A stretch of DNA of 56,709 nt from an uncultured Lachnospiraceae bacterium (lineage in GTDB: Bacteria; Bacillota; Clostridia; Lachnospirales; Lachnospiraceae), in contig CAZBHM010000001.1 of the NCBI GenBank assembly GCA_964491975.1, forward strand, positions 1 through 56,709, read 5' to 3'. The notes under the pieces were generated by a model that was given only the letters and a program-made list of their open reading frames with translations, did not search any database and had not been told where the DNA came from. Shown here in pieces: positions 25,800 through 35,006 of the stretch. Each line of letters opens with the position of its first letter. Within the stretch, counting starts at the first letter, position 1. A program made the translations under genes and the position numbers.

Positions 25800-26636
25800 A
25801 TGCAGAGCAGAAAGAACGCACCTATAGGAATTTTTGATTCGGGTGTAGGCGGACTTACGGTGGCGGAAGAGATTATGAGACAGCTGCCGGATGAGCGTAT
25901 AGTATATTTTGGGGATACTGCACGTGTTCCTTATGGAAGCAAGTCAAAGGATACAATTATAAAGTTTTCACGGCAGATTATAAGATATCTGCGGACCTGG
26001 GATGTAAAGGCCATAGTTGTTGCATGTAATACGGCAAGTGCCCTTGCGCTTCCGGAGATAAAAGAGGAGCTTGATATTCCAATTGTCGGGGTGATTGAGC
26101 CGGGAGCCAGGGTTGCGGCAGAAATTTCACGAAACGGCAGAATAGGAATTATTGGTACTGAGGGTACAATAAACAGTCATATACATACCGGACTTATTAA
26201 GGAATTAAAACCCTCATATGCAGTGACTGAAAGAGAGTGTCCGCTTTTTGTGCCGCTTGTGGAGGAAGGGTTTTTTCTTGGAACCAATGTGGAGTATGAA
26301 ATTGCCGGACGTTACCTTGAGATTATGAAAAGAAATGCTGTAGATACGCTTATTCTTGGCTGTACGCATTACCCGTTTCTAAGGGAGACAATAAGAACTG
26401 TTATGGGAGACGGTGTAAGCCTTGTCAATCCGGCATATGAGACTGCAAGAGAGCTTAAGGCCATGCTCACAGAGCTTGGATTGTCGGCGGATGCTTCTTG
26501 TAATGATATGTCAGAGAGTGGAGGCATGCACAGATTTTGTGTAAGTGATGGTGCTGATAAGATGGCAAAGTTTGCAAAAGAGCGTTTTCCATTTCCGGTT
26601 AATAATGTTATACAGATTAATATAGAAGATTATTAG
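25800..26636 (+). CDS. murI: Glutamate racemase
   Basis: 278 aa. GIFDSGVGGLTV, with catalytic Cys motifs VVACNTASA and LGCTHYPF. Confidence 0.93.
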   Translation: MQSRKNAPIGIFDSGVGGLTVAEEIMRQLPDERIVYFGDTARVPYGSKSKDTIIKFSRQIIRYLRTWDVKAIVVACNTASALALPEIKEELDIPIVGVIEPGARVAAEISRNGRIGIIGTEGTINSHIHTGLIKELKPSYAVTERECPLFVPLVEEGFFLGTNVEYEIAGRYLEIMKRNAVDTLILGCTHYPFLRETIRTVMGDGVSLVNPAYETARELKAMLTELGLSADASCNDMSESGGMHRFCVSDGADKMAKFAKERFPFPVNNVIQINIEDY

Positions 26637-26648
26637 AGGAATTAAGAT

Positions 26649-27083
26649 ATGACGAAGGAAGTATTGGTTTCAATAAAGGGATTACAGCAGATGTTCGGGG
26701 ATGAGCAGGACGAGGTTGAGGTAATCTGTGGCGGAACTTACTATTTTAAAAATAACAAACATTATATTATCTATGAGGAGCTCATGGAGGAAACTTCAGA
26801 AATTGCAAGGAATACTGCCATAATAAGTGATAAGCGCTTTGAACTTAAAAAAGCAGGGGCAGTAAGCACACATATGATTTTTGAGGAAAAGAAGAATAAT
26901 ATAACCTATTATGAGACCCCTGTCGGCAATATAGTAGTGGGAACTAATACCGGTAAGGTGGATGTTTTGGAGAGTGAGGATGAGATAGATGTGCGTATAA
27001 AATATGCACTGGATATTAATTATGAATTTGTGGCGGAATGCAGTGTAGAATTTAAAATAAGTGCAAAAAAGGGTTGCGAGTGA
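26649..27083 (+). CDS. DUF1934 (YwiB-like) beta-barrel protein
   Basis: 144 aa, acidic. The pattern of alternating beta strands and the size match my recollection of DUF1934. Assignment is by eye only. Confidence 0.55.
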   Translation: MTKEVLVSIKGLQQMFGDEQDEVEVICGGTYYFKNNKHYIIYEELMEETSEIARNTAIISDKRFELKKAGAVSTHMIFEEKKNNITYYETPVGNIVVGTNTGKVDVLESEDEIDVRIKYALDINYEFVAECSVEFKISAKKGCE

Positions 27084-27096
27084 TTTGCAACCCTTT
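27065..27096 (-). terminator. Intrinsic terminator for the minus-strand fsa / 151-aa gene pair (overlaps the 3' end of the DUF1934 CDS)
   Basis: Stem GGGTTGC (27071-27077) / GCAACCC (27087-27093). On the minus strand it is followed by TTTTTT (complement of 27065-27070). Confidence 0.7.
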
Positions 27097-27107
27097 AAAA
27101 TATTAAT

Positions 27108-27563
27108 TTACTTTTCTGCTTTTTTCTTCATATCATTAAGCTTGTCTCGTAAGGACTTCTTCTTAGCCTTCGGCTCCGGAACCGGTCCGCGGATTCTTTT
27201 GGCGCTTGTGATATAAAGGCCGCTTACGGTTGCCTTAACCTCCTGCTTTGGAAGAAGCTGGTCATAAACTGCCGGTTCAGCAATGAGTGACATTACTCTA
27301 GAGCCGACTTTAACCTTTACGATAGGCATCTTATAAAGCATGGCATACTTAGGGGTGGCATCGAGTACAGCCTTTGGCATGCCGGCATCTTTAAGCTTAA
27401 GCTTCTTCTTATCAATGATAAAAAGTGTCATAGTCTGCTGGGCTGCTTCCATGGCTGCCTTGCTCTCAGCCTGCTTCTTCTGTGCTTTCTTTCCTAAGAA
27501 GTACATTACAACCAGGAAAATGGTTACAACAATTAAAATTATTAAAAGTACTTTCCAAACCAT
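27108..27563 (-). CDS. Hypothetical N-terminally membrane-anchored, Lys-rich protein (151 aa)
   Basis: Single N-terminal TM (WKVLLIILIVVTIFLVVMYFL) followed by a charged soluble domain. Lies 26 nt downstream of fsa on the same strand. Confidence 0.55.
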   Translation of the reverse strand: MVWKVLLIILIVVTIFLVVMYFLGKKAQKKQAESKAAMEAAQQTMTLFIIDKKKLKLKDAGMPKAVLDATPKYAMLYKMPIVKVKVGSRVMSLIAEPAVYDQLLPKQEVKATVSGLYITSAKRIRGPVPEPKAKKKSLRDKLNDMKKKAEK

Positions 27564-27589
27564 AAATATCTGTAAATCCTTTCTAAAAC

Positions 27590-28243
27590 TTATTCACCAA
27601 AGACAGCCTTGTAGTCTGCCTGAAACTTTGCAATACCCTGATCTGTCAAAGGATGCTTTGTCATCTGCTCAATAACACCGTAAGGTACGGTTGCGATATC
27701 TGCACCTGCTGCTGCACAGTCTGTAACATGAATCGGATTACGTATACTTGCTGCGATAATCTCAGTATCAATATCATGAATTGCAAAAATGTCAGCGATT
27801 GTACGGATTAAATCAATACCCGGCATACTGATGTCATCAAGACGGCCAAGGAATGGGGAAACATATGTAGCACCTGCCCTTGCTGCAAGCAAAGCCTGGT
27901 TAGCACTGAAAATAAGTGTAACATTGGTCTTGATGCCTTCAGCAGAAAGAACCTTAACAGCCTTTAACCCTTCCACTGTCATTGGAATCTTAACAACCAT
28001 ATTTTTGTGGATTGCGGCAATTTCCCTTGCTTCCTTAATCATGGATTCGGCATCTGTTGTGGTAGCCTTAACTTCACCGCTTATGGGACCATCTACTATG
28101 GAAGTAATCTCAGTGATAACTTCTTTAAAATCACGGCCTTCCTTTGCAATTAGTGAAGGGTTTGTGGTAACACCGCAGATAACACCCATATCATTAGCTT
28201 TTCTGATATCTTCTACTTTTGCTGTGTCAATAAAAAATTTCAT
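27590..28243 (-). CDS. fsa: Fructose-6-phosphate aldolase / transaldolase (TalC/Fsa subfamily)
   Basis: 217 aa from [31 protein letters not shown]. Schiff-base Lys context VVKIPMT. The ATG at 28243 has a GGAGG RBS, whereas the 20-aa ORF-track extension to 28303 has none. Confidence 0.9.
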   Translation of the reverse strand: MKFFIDTAKVEDIRKANDMGVICGVTTNPSLIAKEGRDFKEVITEITSIVDGPISGEVKATTTDAESMIKEAREIAAIHKNMVVKIPMTVEGLKAVKVLSAEGIKTNVTLIFSANQALLAARAGATYVSPFLGRLDDISMPGIDLIRTIADIFAIHDIDTEIIAASIRNPIHVTDCAAAGADIATVPYGVIEQMTKHPLTDQGIAKFQADYKAVFGE

Positions 28244-28311
28244 AATTTTGTCCTCCAATTTTGAGTAATTTTGGCAACAGTAAGACTGTTGTAATTGTGA
28301 CACTCACAATG

Positions 28312-28339
28312 ATTATACCATCTTTTATGATAATTGCAA
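28312..28339 (-). promoter_or_regulatory. Candidate extended -10 promoter of fsa (TTGCAA-N16-TGgTATAAT)
   Basis: On the minus strand, TTGCAA is at 28339-28334, TGG at 28320-28318 and TATAAT at 28317-28312. It is immediately followed by the palindrome ATTGTGA-GTG-TCACAAT (28310-28294). Confidence 0.45.
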
Positions 28340-28397
28340 ATAATTTTTATAAGAAGTGGAAAAGCTTTTTAAGAAAAGAGGCGGTGAAGGTTTGTAT

Positions 28398-29822
28398 ATG
28401 TGGGAAAGTATATGGAAAATTCTCATGATAATAAATTTTTTTCTGGCAGGCGGAATAGTATTTTTACAGAGGCGTGACCCTAAAACGGTCTGGGCGTGGC
28501 TTTTAGTACTCTATTTTCTGCCATGGGTGGGTTTTGTACTGTATTTTCTGGTTGGAAGGGATTATTACAGGGAACGTAGATTTAGAACAAGAGAGTTAAG
28601 AGAACAGCTGCAGATTAGGGCAGCAAGACAGGAGGATAAGCTTGCAGCATATTGGTGTGAGCCGGGGGCAGAGGATTATGGTGACATTATCATGTATAAT
28701 TTAAGAACAGGGTATGCAGAATATTCGGATGATAATGATGTAAGTATTTATACTGACGGCAGTGCAAAGTTTGAGGCACTTATTAAGGCAATTGACAGTG
28801 CAGAAGAATACATTTTTCTACAGTATTATGTAATAAGAAATGATGCACTTTTTACAAGGATATGCCGCCATCTTAAGAAAAAGGTAAAAGATGGAGTGGA
28901 AGTCAGGGTAATTTTTGACGGTATAGGAGGAAGCAGGGTGCCGGGGGATGTATGGCGCGGGCTTTTAGCAGATGGAATTGAGATTTGCGAATTTTTGCGG
29001 CCGGTGTTTAAAAAAGTACATTTAAGGGCTAACTGGCGCAACCATAGGAAAATAGCTGTAATAGATGGCAAGTGCGGTTTTGTCGGAGGTTTTAATATAG
29101 GGGAGGAATATCTGGGAAGAAACAAAAGATTTGGTTACTGGCGGGACACGCATCTTAGAATCGAGGGAAGAGCGGTAAAAGGACTTCTTATAAGATTTGT
29201 ACTTGACTGGAATTATGCTTCTAAAAATAAGCTTGTAATTGAAGATTACATAAGAGAATATAGGTCGGCCGGAAAAACAGGAGTACAGATTATAACAAGC
29301 GGACCTGATGCCGGATACGAGCAGATAAGGGATAATTATCTTAAGCTTATCAATAAAGCCAGAAAAAGTATTTATATACAGACACCTTATTTTGTGCCGG
29401 ATGATACGGTGTTTAGTGCGCTTAAAATAGCAGCATACAGTGGAATTGAGGTTAAGCTTATGATTCCGTGCAAGCCTGACCATCCGTTTGTTTACCGGGC
29501 TACTTATTCATTTGCCGGTGATTTGTTAAAGGCCGGCGTAAGATGTTACCTTTATCAGAATGGATTTCTCCATGCAAAGACAATTATGATTGACGGAAAA
29601 GTAGCTTCGGTTGGAACTGCCAATATGGATATAAGAAGCTTCAGACTGAATTTTGAGGTTAATGCCATGATATATGATGGGGATGTCACACGAAAACTGG
29701 AAGCGCTGTTTCTTAATGATATGGGAAAATCGACAGAGCTTACGGCTTATGATTACGAGAGCCGCAGTATCGGCATACGGCTTAAGGAGCAACTTTCAAG
29801 ACTGCTTTCGCCTTTGCTTTGA
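28398..29822 (+). CDS. cls: Cardiolipin synthase
   Basis: Two N-terminal TM helices and two HKD motifs (NHRKIAVIDG and LHAKTIMIDG). The ATG at 28398 is preferred over the GTG at 28356, which would add 14 charged residues. Confidence 0.9.
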   Translation: MWESIWKILMIINFFLAGGIVFLQRRDPKTVWAWLLVLYFLPWVGFVLYFLVGRDYYRERRFRTRELREQLQIRAARQEDKLAAYWCEPGAEDYGDIIMYNLRTGYAEYSDDNDVSIYTDGSAKFEALIKAIDSAEEYIFLQYYVIRNDALFTRICRHLKKKVKDGVEVRVIFDGIGGSRVPGDVWRGLLADGIEICEFLRPVFKKVHLRANWRNHRKIAVIDGKCGFVGGFNIGEEYLGRNKRFGYWRDTHLRIEGRAVKGLLIRFVLDWNYASKNKLVIEDYIREYRSAGKTGVQIITSGPDAGYEQIRDNYLKLINKARKSIYIQTPYFVPDDTVFSALKIAAYSGIEVKLMIPCKPDHPFVYRATYSFAGDLLKAGVRCYLYQNGFLHAKTIMIDGKVASVGTANMDIRSFRLNFEVNAMIYDGDVTRKLEALFLNDMGKSTELTAYDYESRSIGIRLKEQLSRLLSPLL

Positions 29823-29870
29823 TATTTGCAGTTTTGTCTTTGATTGAAGGATAGTTAGTGTGTATAATGG

Positions 29871-29909
29871 AAAAAAGTGCCGCAGAGTGAATTGAAACCC
29901 CTGCGGCAT
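29871..29909 (-). terminator. Intrinsic terminator of the 94-aa minus-strand gene (may also stop cls read-through)
   Basis: 8-bp GC-rich stem TGCCGCAG (29878-29885) / CTGCGGCA (29901-29908). On the minus strand it is followed by TTTTTT (complement of 29871-29876). Confidence 0.7.
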
Positions 29910-29915
29910 TTCTGA

Positions 29916-30200
29916 TTATTTATTGCAAGACACATCGCCTTCGATGGTATCACACTCTACGTTTTGTCCTGCATTGACATCGCCCTCAATTGTTTCACAT
30001 CTAACAGAAAACATGCTTTGGACATCAGAAGCTGTGCCGTGATATTCGAGGATTATATTGTCTGCCTGTGGCAGCAGATCTCTTACTTCGTTTTCCGCGA
30101 CAAGACGATGTCCGCGGAATAAAACGGCATGAAGTGTATCATCGTCAGGCCATGGTAAGCTGCTATGTACGATGGCTGTATCTTCATCTAAATTTGTCAT
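29916..30200 (-). CDS. Hypothetical 94-aa protein with tandem C(E/D)TIEGDV repeats
   Basis: Has its own terminator. The acidic N-terminal half is followed by RCETIEGDVNAGQNVECDTIEGDVSCNK, from a 45-nt-period DNA repeat at 29932-29999. No family recognised. Confidence 0.5.
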   Translation of the reverse strand: MTNLDEDTAIVHSSLPWPDDDTLHAVLFRGHRLVAENEVRDLLPQADNIILEYHGTASDVQSMFSVRCETIEGDVNAGQNVECDTIEGDVSCNK

Positions 30201-30299
30201 ATGTCCTCACGCCTTTTAGAATTGTAATATATCGGTATATCAACCTTATATACAAGTATAGCATAGAGCAGGTATTTTTGCAAATTAATTATATTAGGG

Positions 30300-30329
30300 T
30301 TTACAAAATATTTGCAGGGATGATATAAT
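30300..30329 (+). promoter_or_regulatory. Candidate sigma-A promoter of the FAD oxidoreductase gene (TTTACA-N18-TATAAT)
   Basis: TTTACA 30300-30305, 18-nt spacer, TATAAT 30324-30329. Confidence 0.45.
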
Positions 30330-30382
30330 TTATAGTGGTGCTACGCAGAAAATATCAGTATTATATAATTTGGAGGAAGATT

Positions 30383-31762
30383 ATGACGTATGATGTAATA
30401 ATTATTGGAGCAGGTCCGGGAGGTATTTTTTCAGCCTATGAATTATCTAAGTTAAACCCAGAGCTTAAGATTGCCGTATTCGAGGCTGGACATGAGCTTA
30501 GCAGGAGAAGATGTCCTATTGACGGTGATAAAGTAAAGAGCTGTATAAGCTGTAAGAGCTGTTCGATTATGAGCGGCTTTGGAGGAGCAGGTGCATTTTC
30601 AGATGGTAAATATAATATTACCAATGATTTTGGCGGAACTCTTTATCAGTACATTGGCAAGGGCAAGGCACTTGAGCTTATGCGTTATGTTGATGATATA
30701 AATATGGCATATGGCGGAGAAGGAACAAGGCTTTATTCAACTGCCGGAACTAAGATTAAGAGAGAGTGCATGCAGAATGACCTTCATCTTCTGGATGCTT
30801 CAGTAAGACACCTCGGAACAGACATTAATTATGTGGTTTTAGAAAACCTGTATGCATATCTTAAGGATAAGGTTACATTTTTCTTTGATACACCGGTAGA
30901 AAAGGTTGCCATAATTCCCGGAGGGTATGAGATTAAATGTAAAGATAGTACTTATTCATGTACTGACTGTATTATATCTGTTGGAAGAAGCGGAAGCAAA
31001 TGGATGGAAACAGTATGTAAGGAACTCGATATTCCTACAAAGTCAAATCGTGTGGACATCGGTGTGCGTGTAGAGCTTCCGGCAGAGATTTTTGCGGATT
31101 TAACAGATGAATTATATGAGAGTAAGATAGTTTACCGTACTCCTAAGTATGGTGATAAGGTGCGTACCTTCTGTATGAATCCGAGGGGCGCAGTTGTAAA
31201 TGAAAATACTAACGGTATTATTACGGTAAACGGTCACAGCTATGAAGACCCGGCAAGACAGACCGGTAATACTAATTTTGCACTTTTGGTGGCAAAGCAT
31301 TTTTCTGAGCCGTTTAAGGATTCTAACGGATACGGTGAGTCGATTGCGCGTCTTAGCAATATGCTTGGAGGCGGAGTTATTGTACAGAGATTTGGCGACC
31401 TTATAAGAGGGCAGCGTTCTACTCCTAACAGAATAGAAGAATCTTTTGTAGTGCCTACGTTGAATGCTACACCGGGCGATTTAAGTCTTGTGCTTCCTAA
31501 GCGTATTCTGGATGCAATTATCGAGATGATTTATGCGCTGGATAAGATAGCACCGGGTACTGCAAATGATGATACACTTCTGTATGGCGTGGAGGTTAAG
31601 TTCTACAACATGGAGGTAGAGGTTGATACACACCTTAAGACTAAGTTTGACGGTCTTTATGTAATTGGTGACGGCAGTGGTATAACACATTCTCTTTCGC
31701 ACGCTTCGGCAAGCGGTATTTATGTGGCAAGAGAGATTGCCCTGGCAGACGGTAATGCGTAA
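30383..31762 (+). CDS. FAD-dependent oxidoreductase (COG2509-type NAD(FAD)-utilizing dehydrogenase)
   Basis: 459 aa from MTYDVIIIGAGPGGIFSA (dinucleotide-binding GxGxxG). Cys cluster CPIDGDKVKSCISCKSC. C-terminal GDGSGITHSLSHA. The ATG at 30383 follows a GGAGG RBS. Confidence 0.8.
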   Translation: MTYDVIIIGAGPGGIFSAYELSKLNPELKIAVFEAGHELSRRRCPIDGDKVKSCISCKSCSIMSGFGGAGAFSDGKYNITNDFGGTLYQYIGKGKALELMRYVDDINMAYGGEGTRLYSTAGTKIKRECMQNDLHLLDASVRHLGTDINYVVLENLYAYLKDKVTFFFDTPVEKVAIIPGGYEIKCKDSTYSCTDCIISVGRSGSKWMETVCKELDIPTKSNRVDIGVRVELPAEIFADLTDELYESKIVYRTPKYGDKVRTFCMNPRGAVVNENTNGIITVNGHSYEDPARQTGNTNFALLVAKHFSEPFKDSNGYGESIARLSNMLGGGVIVQRFGDLIRGQRSTPNRIEESFVVPTLNATPGDLSLVLPKRILDAIIEMIYALDKIAPGTANDDTLLYGVEVKFYNMEVEVDTHLKTKFDGLYVIGDGSGITHSLSHASASGIYVAREIALADGNA

Positions 31763-31788
31763 TACAGACATGGCATGACTTAGAAAGC

Positions 31789-31820
31789 AACAGTTCAGCT
31801 CATGTCTGAACTGTTATATT
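31789..31820 (+). terminator. Candidate terminator after the FAD oxidoreductase gene
   Basis: 10-bp perfect stem AACAGTTCAG / CTGAACTGTT (31789-31798 / 31806-31815), 7-nt loop. The tail is weak and AT-rich (ATATT). Confidence 0.45.
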
Positions 31821-31849
31821 AGAAGGCAGCAGATATGCAAAAAGCAGAC

Positions 31850-31878
31850 TTGACAATGTATATAAGATAGGCTAGAAT
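31850..31878 (+). promoter_or_regulatory. Candidate sigma-A promoter of prfC (TTGACA-N17-TAGAAT)
   Basis: Consensus -35 TTGACA at 31850-31855, 17-nt spacer, TAGAAT at 31873-31878. Confidence 0.55.
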
Positions 31879-31909
31879 TACATGTTGAAAAAAATTAGGA
31901 GGATAAGTC

Positions 31910-33502
31910 GTGTCGAATATAAGAGAAGAAATTAAAAGAAGAAGAACATTTGCCATTATTTCACACCCTGATGCAGGTAAGACAACACTTACGGAGAAGT
32001 TTCTTTTGTATGGTGGTGCAATTAATCTTGCGGGTTCGGTAAAGGGTAAGGCAACAGCAAGACATGCCGTATCAGACTGGATGGAAATTGAGAAGGAGAG
32101 AGGTATTTCTGTAACCTCCTCAGTGCTCCAGTTTGAATATGACGGATATTGTATAAATATACTTGATACACCGGGACATCAGGATTTCTCGGAGGATACC
32201 TACCGTACACTCATGGCGGCGGACTCCGCAGTAATGGTTATTGATGCCTCTAAGGGTGTTGAGGCGCAGACAAGGAAGCTTTTTAAGGTGTGCGTAATGC
32301 GCCACATCCCCATTTTTACATTTATCAATAAGTTAGACCGTGATGCGAATGATACCTTTGATTTGTTAGATGAGATAGAAAAAGAGCTCGGTATTGCTAC
32401 ATGCCCGGTTAACTGGCCAATTGGCTCAGGTAAGAATTTTAAAGGTGTGTATGACAGAAACAGTCGTAAGGTGGTAATGTTTTCTGATACTGAGAAGGGA
32501 ACGAAGGAGGGTGCCGTTACTGAGATAGGCGTTGATGACCCTGCACTTAAGGATTATATTGGTGAAGCCGCACTTTCTAATCTTTTGGAAGAGATGGAGC
32601 TTCTTGATGGGGCCGGTGTTGATTTTGACATGGATAAGGTAAGTAAGGGTGAGCTTTCACCTGTATTTTTCGGTTCAGCACTTACTAACTTTGGTGTGGA
32701 GATTTTTTTACAGAACTTCCTTAAGATGACTTCTTCGCCACTTTCAAGAAAGGCTGATATTGGTGAGGTTGACCCGTTTGAGGAGAACTTTTCTGCCTTT
32801 GTATTTAAAATTCAGGCCAACATGAACAAGGCACATCGTGACAGAATCGCATTTATGCGTATCTGCTCAGGACAGTTTGATGCTGACAGAGAGGTTTATC
32901 ATGTTCAGGGTAATAAAAAGATGAGACTTTCACAGCCGCAGCAGCTTATGGCAAAGGAAAGAAAGGTTATAGATGAAGCCTATGCGGGAGACATCATAGG
33001 TGTGTTTGATCCGGGTATTTTCTCGATAGGTGATACAATCTGCATGCCGGGTAAAAAGTTCGAATATGAGGGTATTCCTACATTTGCACCCGAGCATTTT
33101 GCAAGAGTAAGACAGCTTGATACCATGAAGAGAAAGCAGTTTATAAAAGGTATCAATCAGATTGCCCAGGAGGGTGCAATTCAGATTTTCCAGGAATACA
33201 ATACCGGTATGGAGGAAATCATTGTAGGCGTGGTTGGCGTACTTCAGTTTGATGTACTTAAATACCGTCTTGAAAATGAATATAATGTAGATATTCGTCT
33301 TGAGCCTCTTCCATATGAGCATATCAGATGGATTGTCAGTGCGCAGACAGACCTTGATAAGATTACGGGAACCTCTGACATGAAGAAGATTAAGGATTTA
33401 AAGGGTAATCCGCTTCTTTTATTTATTAATCCATGGAGTGTGGGAATGGTGCTTGACCGTAATCCGGGACTTGAGCTTTCAGAGTTTGGAAGAAATAACT
33501 GA
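31910..33502 (+). CDS. prfC: Peptide chain release factor 3 (GTPase)
   Basis: 530 aa. G1 SHPDAGKTTLTEK, G3 DTPGHQDF, G4 NKLDR. GTG start 7 nt after AGGAGG. Confidence 0.93.
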   Translation: MSNIREEIKRRRTFAIISHPDAGKTTLTEKFLLYGGAINLAGSVKGKATARHAVSDWMEIEKERGISVTSSVLQFEYDGYCINILDTPGHQDFSEDTYRTLMAADSAVMVIDASKGVEAQTRKLFKVCVMRHIPIFTFINKLDRDANDTFDLLDEIEKELGIATCPVNWPIGSGKNFKGVYDRNSRKVVMFSDTEKGTKEGAVTEIGVDDPALKDYIGEAALSNLLEEMELLDGAGVDFDMDKVSKGELSPVFFGSALTNFGVEIFLQNFLKMTSSPLSRKADIGEVDPFEENFSAFVFKIQANMNKAHRDRIAFMRICSGQFDADREVYHVQGNKKMRLSQPQQLMAKERKVIDEAYAGDIIGVFDPGIFSIGDTICMPGKKFEYEGIPTFAPEHFARVRQLDTMKRKQFIKGINQIAQEGAIQIFQEYNTGMEEIIVGVVGVLQFDVLKYRLENEYNVDIRLEPLPYEHIRWIVSAQTDLDKITGTSDMKKIKDLKGNPLLLFINPWSVGMVLDRNPGLELSEFGRNN

Positions 33503-33579
33503 TTGTAGAATTGTGTGACAGGGTGCGGACAATATTAATAAAGTACGAAAAACAGACATGATTAAACAGGAGCAGAAAA

Positions 33580-34953
33580 ATGAGCAGAGATTTAACTAAG
33601 GGAAGACCGGAAAAAGTTATTCCGGGTTTTATAGTGCCTATGCTTATAAGTGTGTTTTTTCAACAGCTTTACAACATGGCGGACAGTATGATTGCCGGCA
33701 GGTATGCAGGTGAGGCGGCACTTGCCGCAGTAGGAGTATCTTACCCTATAACGATGCTTTTTATGGCAGTTGCGCTTGGAACCAATATAGGGTGTTCGGT
33801 TGTAATTGCAGGGCTTTTTGGAGCAAAAGACCATGTAAGAATGAAAACGGCAGTTTACACTACTTTTCTGGCTGCCGGTGTATTGTCCGTGGTACTTAGT
33901 GTATGCGGTATAATCTTTAGCAGGGGAATACTTATGCTTATTAAGACACCTGCTGACATATTTGATGACAGCAGACTGTATCTTAATATTTACATAGGTG
34001 GTTTTATATTTGTATATCTTTATAATGTGGCAACCGGTGCATTTAATTCTTTAGGTGATTCGAAAACACCGCTTTATTTTCTTATCGGTTCATCACTTGG
34101 CAACATTGTACTTGATATAGTGTTTGTAAAGTATTTTAAATGGGGTGTGGCAGGAGCTGCATGGGCAACATTTATTACACAGGGAATTGCGTGTATTCTT
34201 GCAGTAATTACACTTTTTGCAAAATTAAATAAAATTAAGACAGCAAAAAAAGCAGAGCTTTTTTCGGGTGAGTTGCTTATTAAAATAGGCCGTATTGCAC
34301 TCCCAAGCATAGCACAGCAGAGCTTTATATCAGTCGGCAATGTATTTGTGCAGAGGCTTATAAATTCCTTTGGTTCGTCGGTGCTTGCGGGATATTCTGC
34401 GAGTATTAAGCTTAATACATTTGCAATTACATGTCTTACCACAGTAGGCAATGGAGTATCCCAGTTCTCAAGTCAGAACAAGGGCGCAGGCAGTATAGAC
34501 AGAATTAAGGAAGGCTTTAATACCGGAATTAAGATGGCAGTAATTATAGCACTTGCGTTTACGGTGGTACTGTTTTTCGGAAGAGAGTTTCTTGTAAAAC
34601 TGTTTCTTGATGAGGATGCAACCCGGCAGGCACTTTTTTCGGGAACACAGTTTCTTATGGTTGTTGCCCCATTTTATGTGGTGATATGCTTAAAGCTTGT
34701 TGCAGACGGCGTTTTAAGAGGCTGTGGTGCCATGGCACAGTTCATGGCTGCGACGTTTATAGACCTGATTTTAAGGGTTGTACTGGCATACATATTTGCC
34801 GGACCGCTTGGTTTCTTCTTTGCCGGTCTCATGGAGGGAAGTGATGCAAGTCTTGGTATCTGGGCATCGTGGCCCGTAGGCTGGACAATAGGTGCGGTAT
34901 TTTCTATGGCATTTTATAAACAGGGCAAATGGCAAAAGTCGAAAATTGTATAA
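33580..34953 (+). CDS. MATE family efflux transporter
   Basis: 457 aa, 12 predicted TM helices. N-terminal PMLISVFFQQLYNMADSMIAG is typical of MATE/NorM-like pumps. Confidence 0.88.
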   Translation: MSRDLTKGRPEKVIPGFIVPMLISVFFQQLYNMADSMIAGRYAGEAALAAVGVSYPITMLFMAVALGTNIGCSVVIAGLFGAKDHVRMKTAVYTTFLAAGVLSVVLSVCGIIFSRGILMLIKTPADIFDDSRLYLNIYIGGFIFVYLYNVATGAFNSLGDSKTPLYFLIGSSLGNIVLDIVFVKYFKWGVAGAAWATFITQGIACILAVITLFAKLNKIKTAKKAELFSGELLIKIGRIALPSIAQQSFISVGNVFVQRLINSFGSSVLAGYSASIKLNTFAITCLTTVGNGVSQFSSQNKGAGSIDRIKEGFNTGIKMAVIIALAFTVVLFFGREFLVKLFLDEDATRQALFSGTQFLMVVAPFYVVICLKLVADGVLRGCGAMAQFMAATFIDLILRVVLAYIFAGPLGFFFAGLMEGSDASLGIWASWPVGWTIGAVFSMAFYKQGKWQKSKIV

Positions 34954-35006
34954 TGTTTAACTATAAATGCGTAAAGCAATGTAAGATAGGAAGATGGTAT
35001 AGATAT

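Noticed and set aside
28294-28310. ATTGTGA-CAC-TCACAAT read as a Rex or CRP/FNR binding site
   Set aside because: The half-sites match, but the spacing is 3 nt rather than the 6 nt required in both consensus sites. It is kept only as an unassigned operator candidate.
28244-28397. ORF-track N-terminal extensions of fsa (to 28303) and cls (from 28356)
   Set aside because: The extensions lack Shine-Dalgarno sequences and add non-conserved residues ahead of canonical family N-termini (MKFFIDTA for fsa; the first TM helix for cls). The internal ATGs have proper RBSs.
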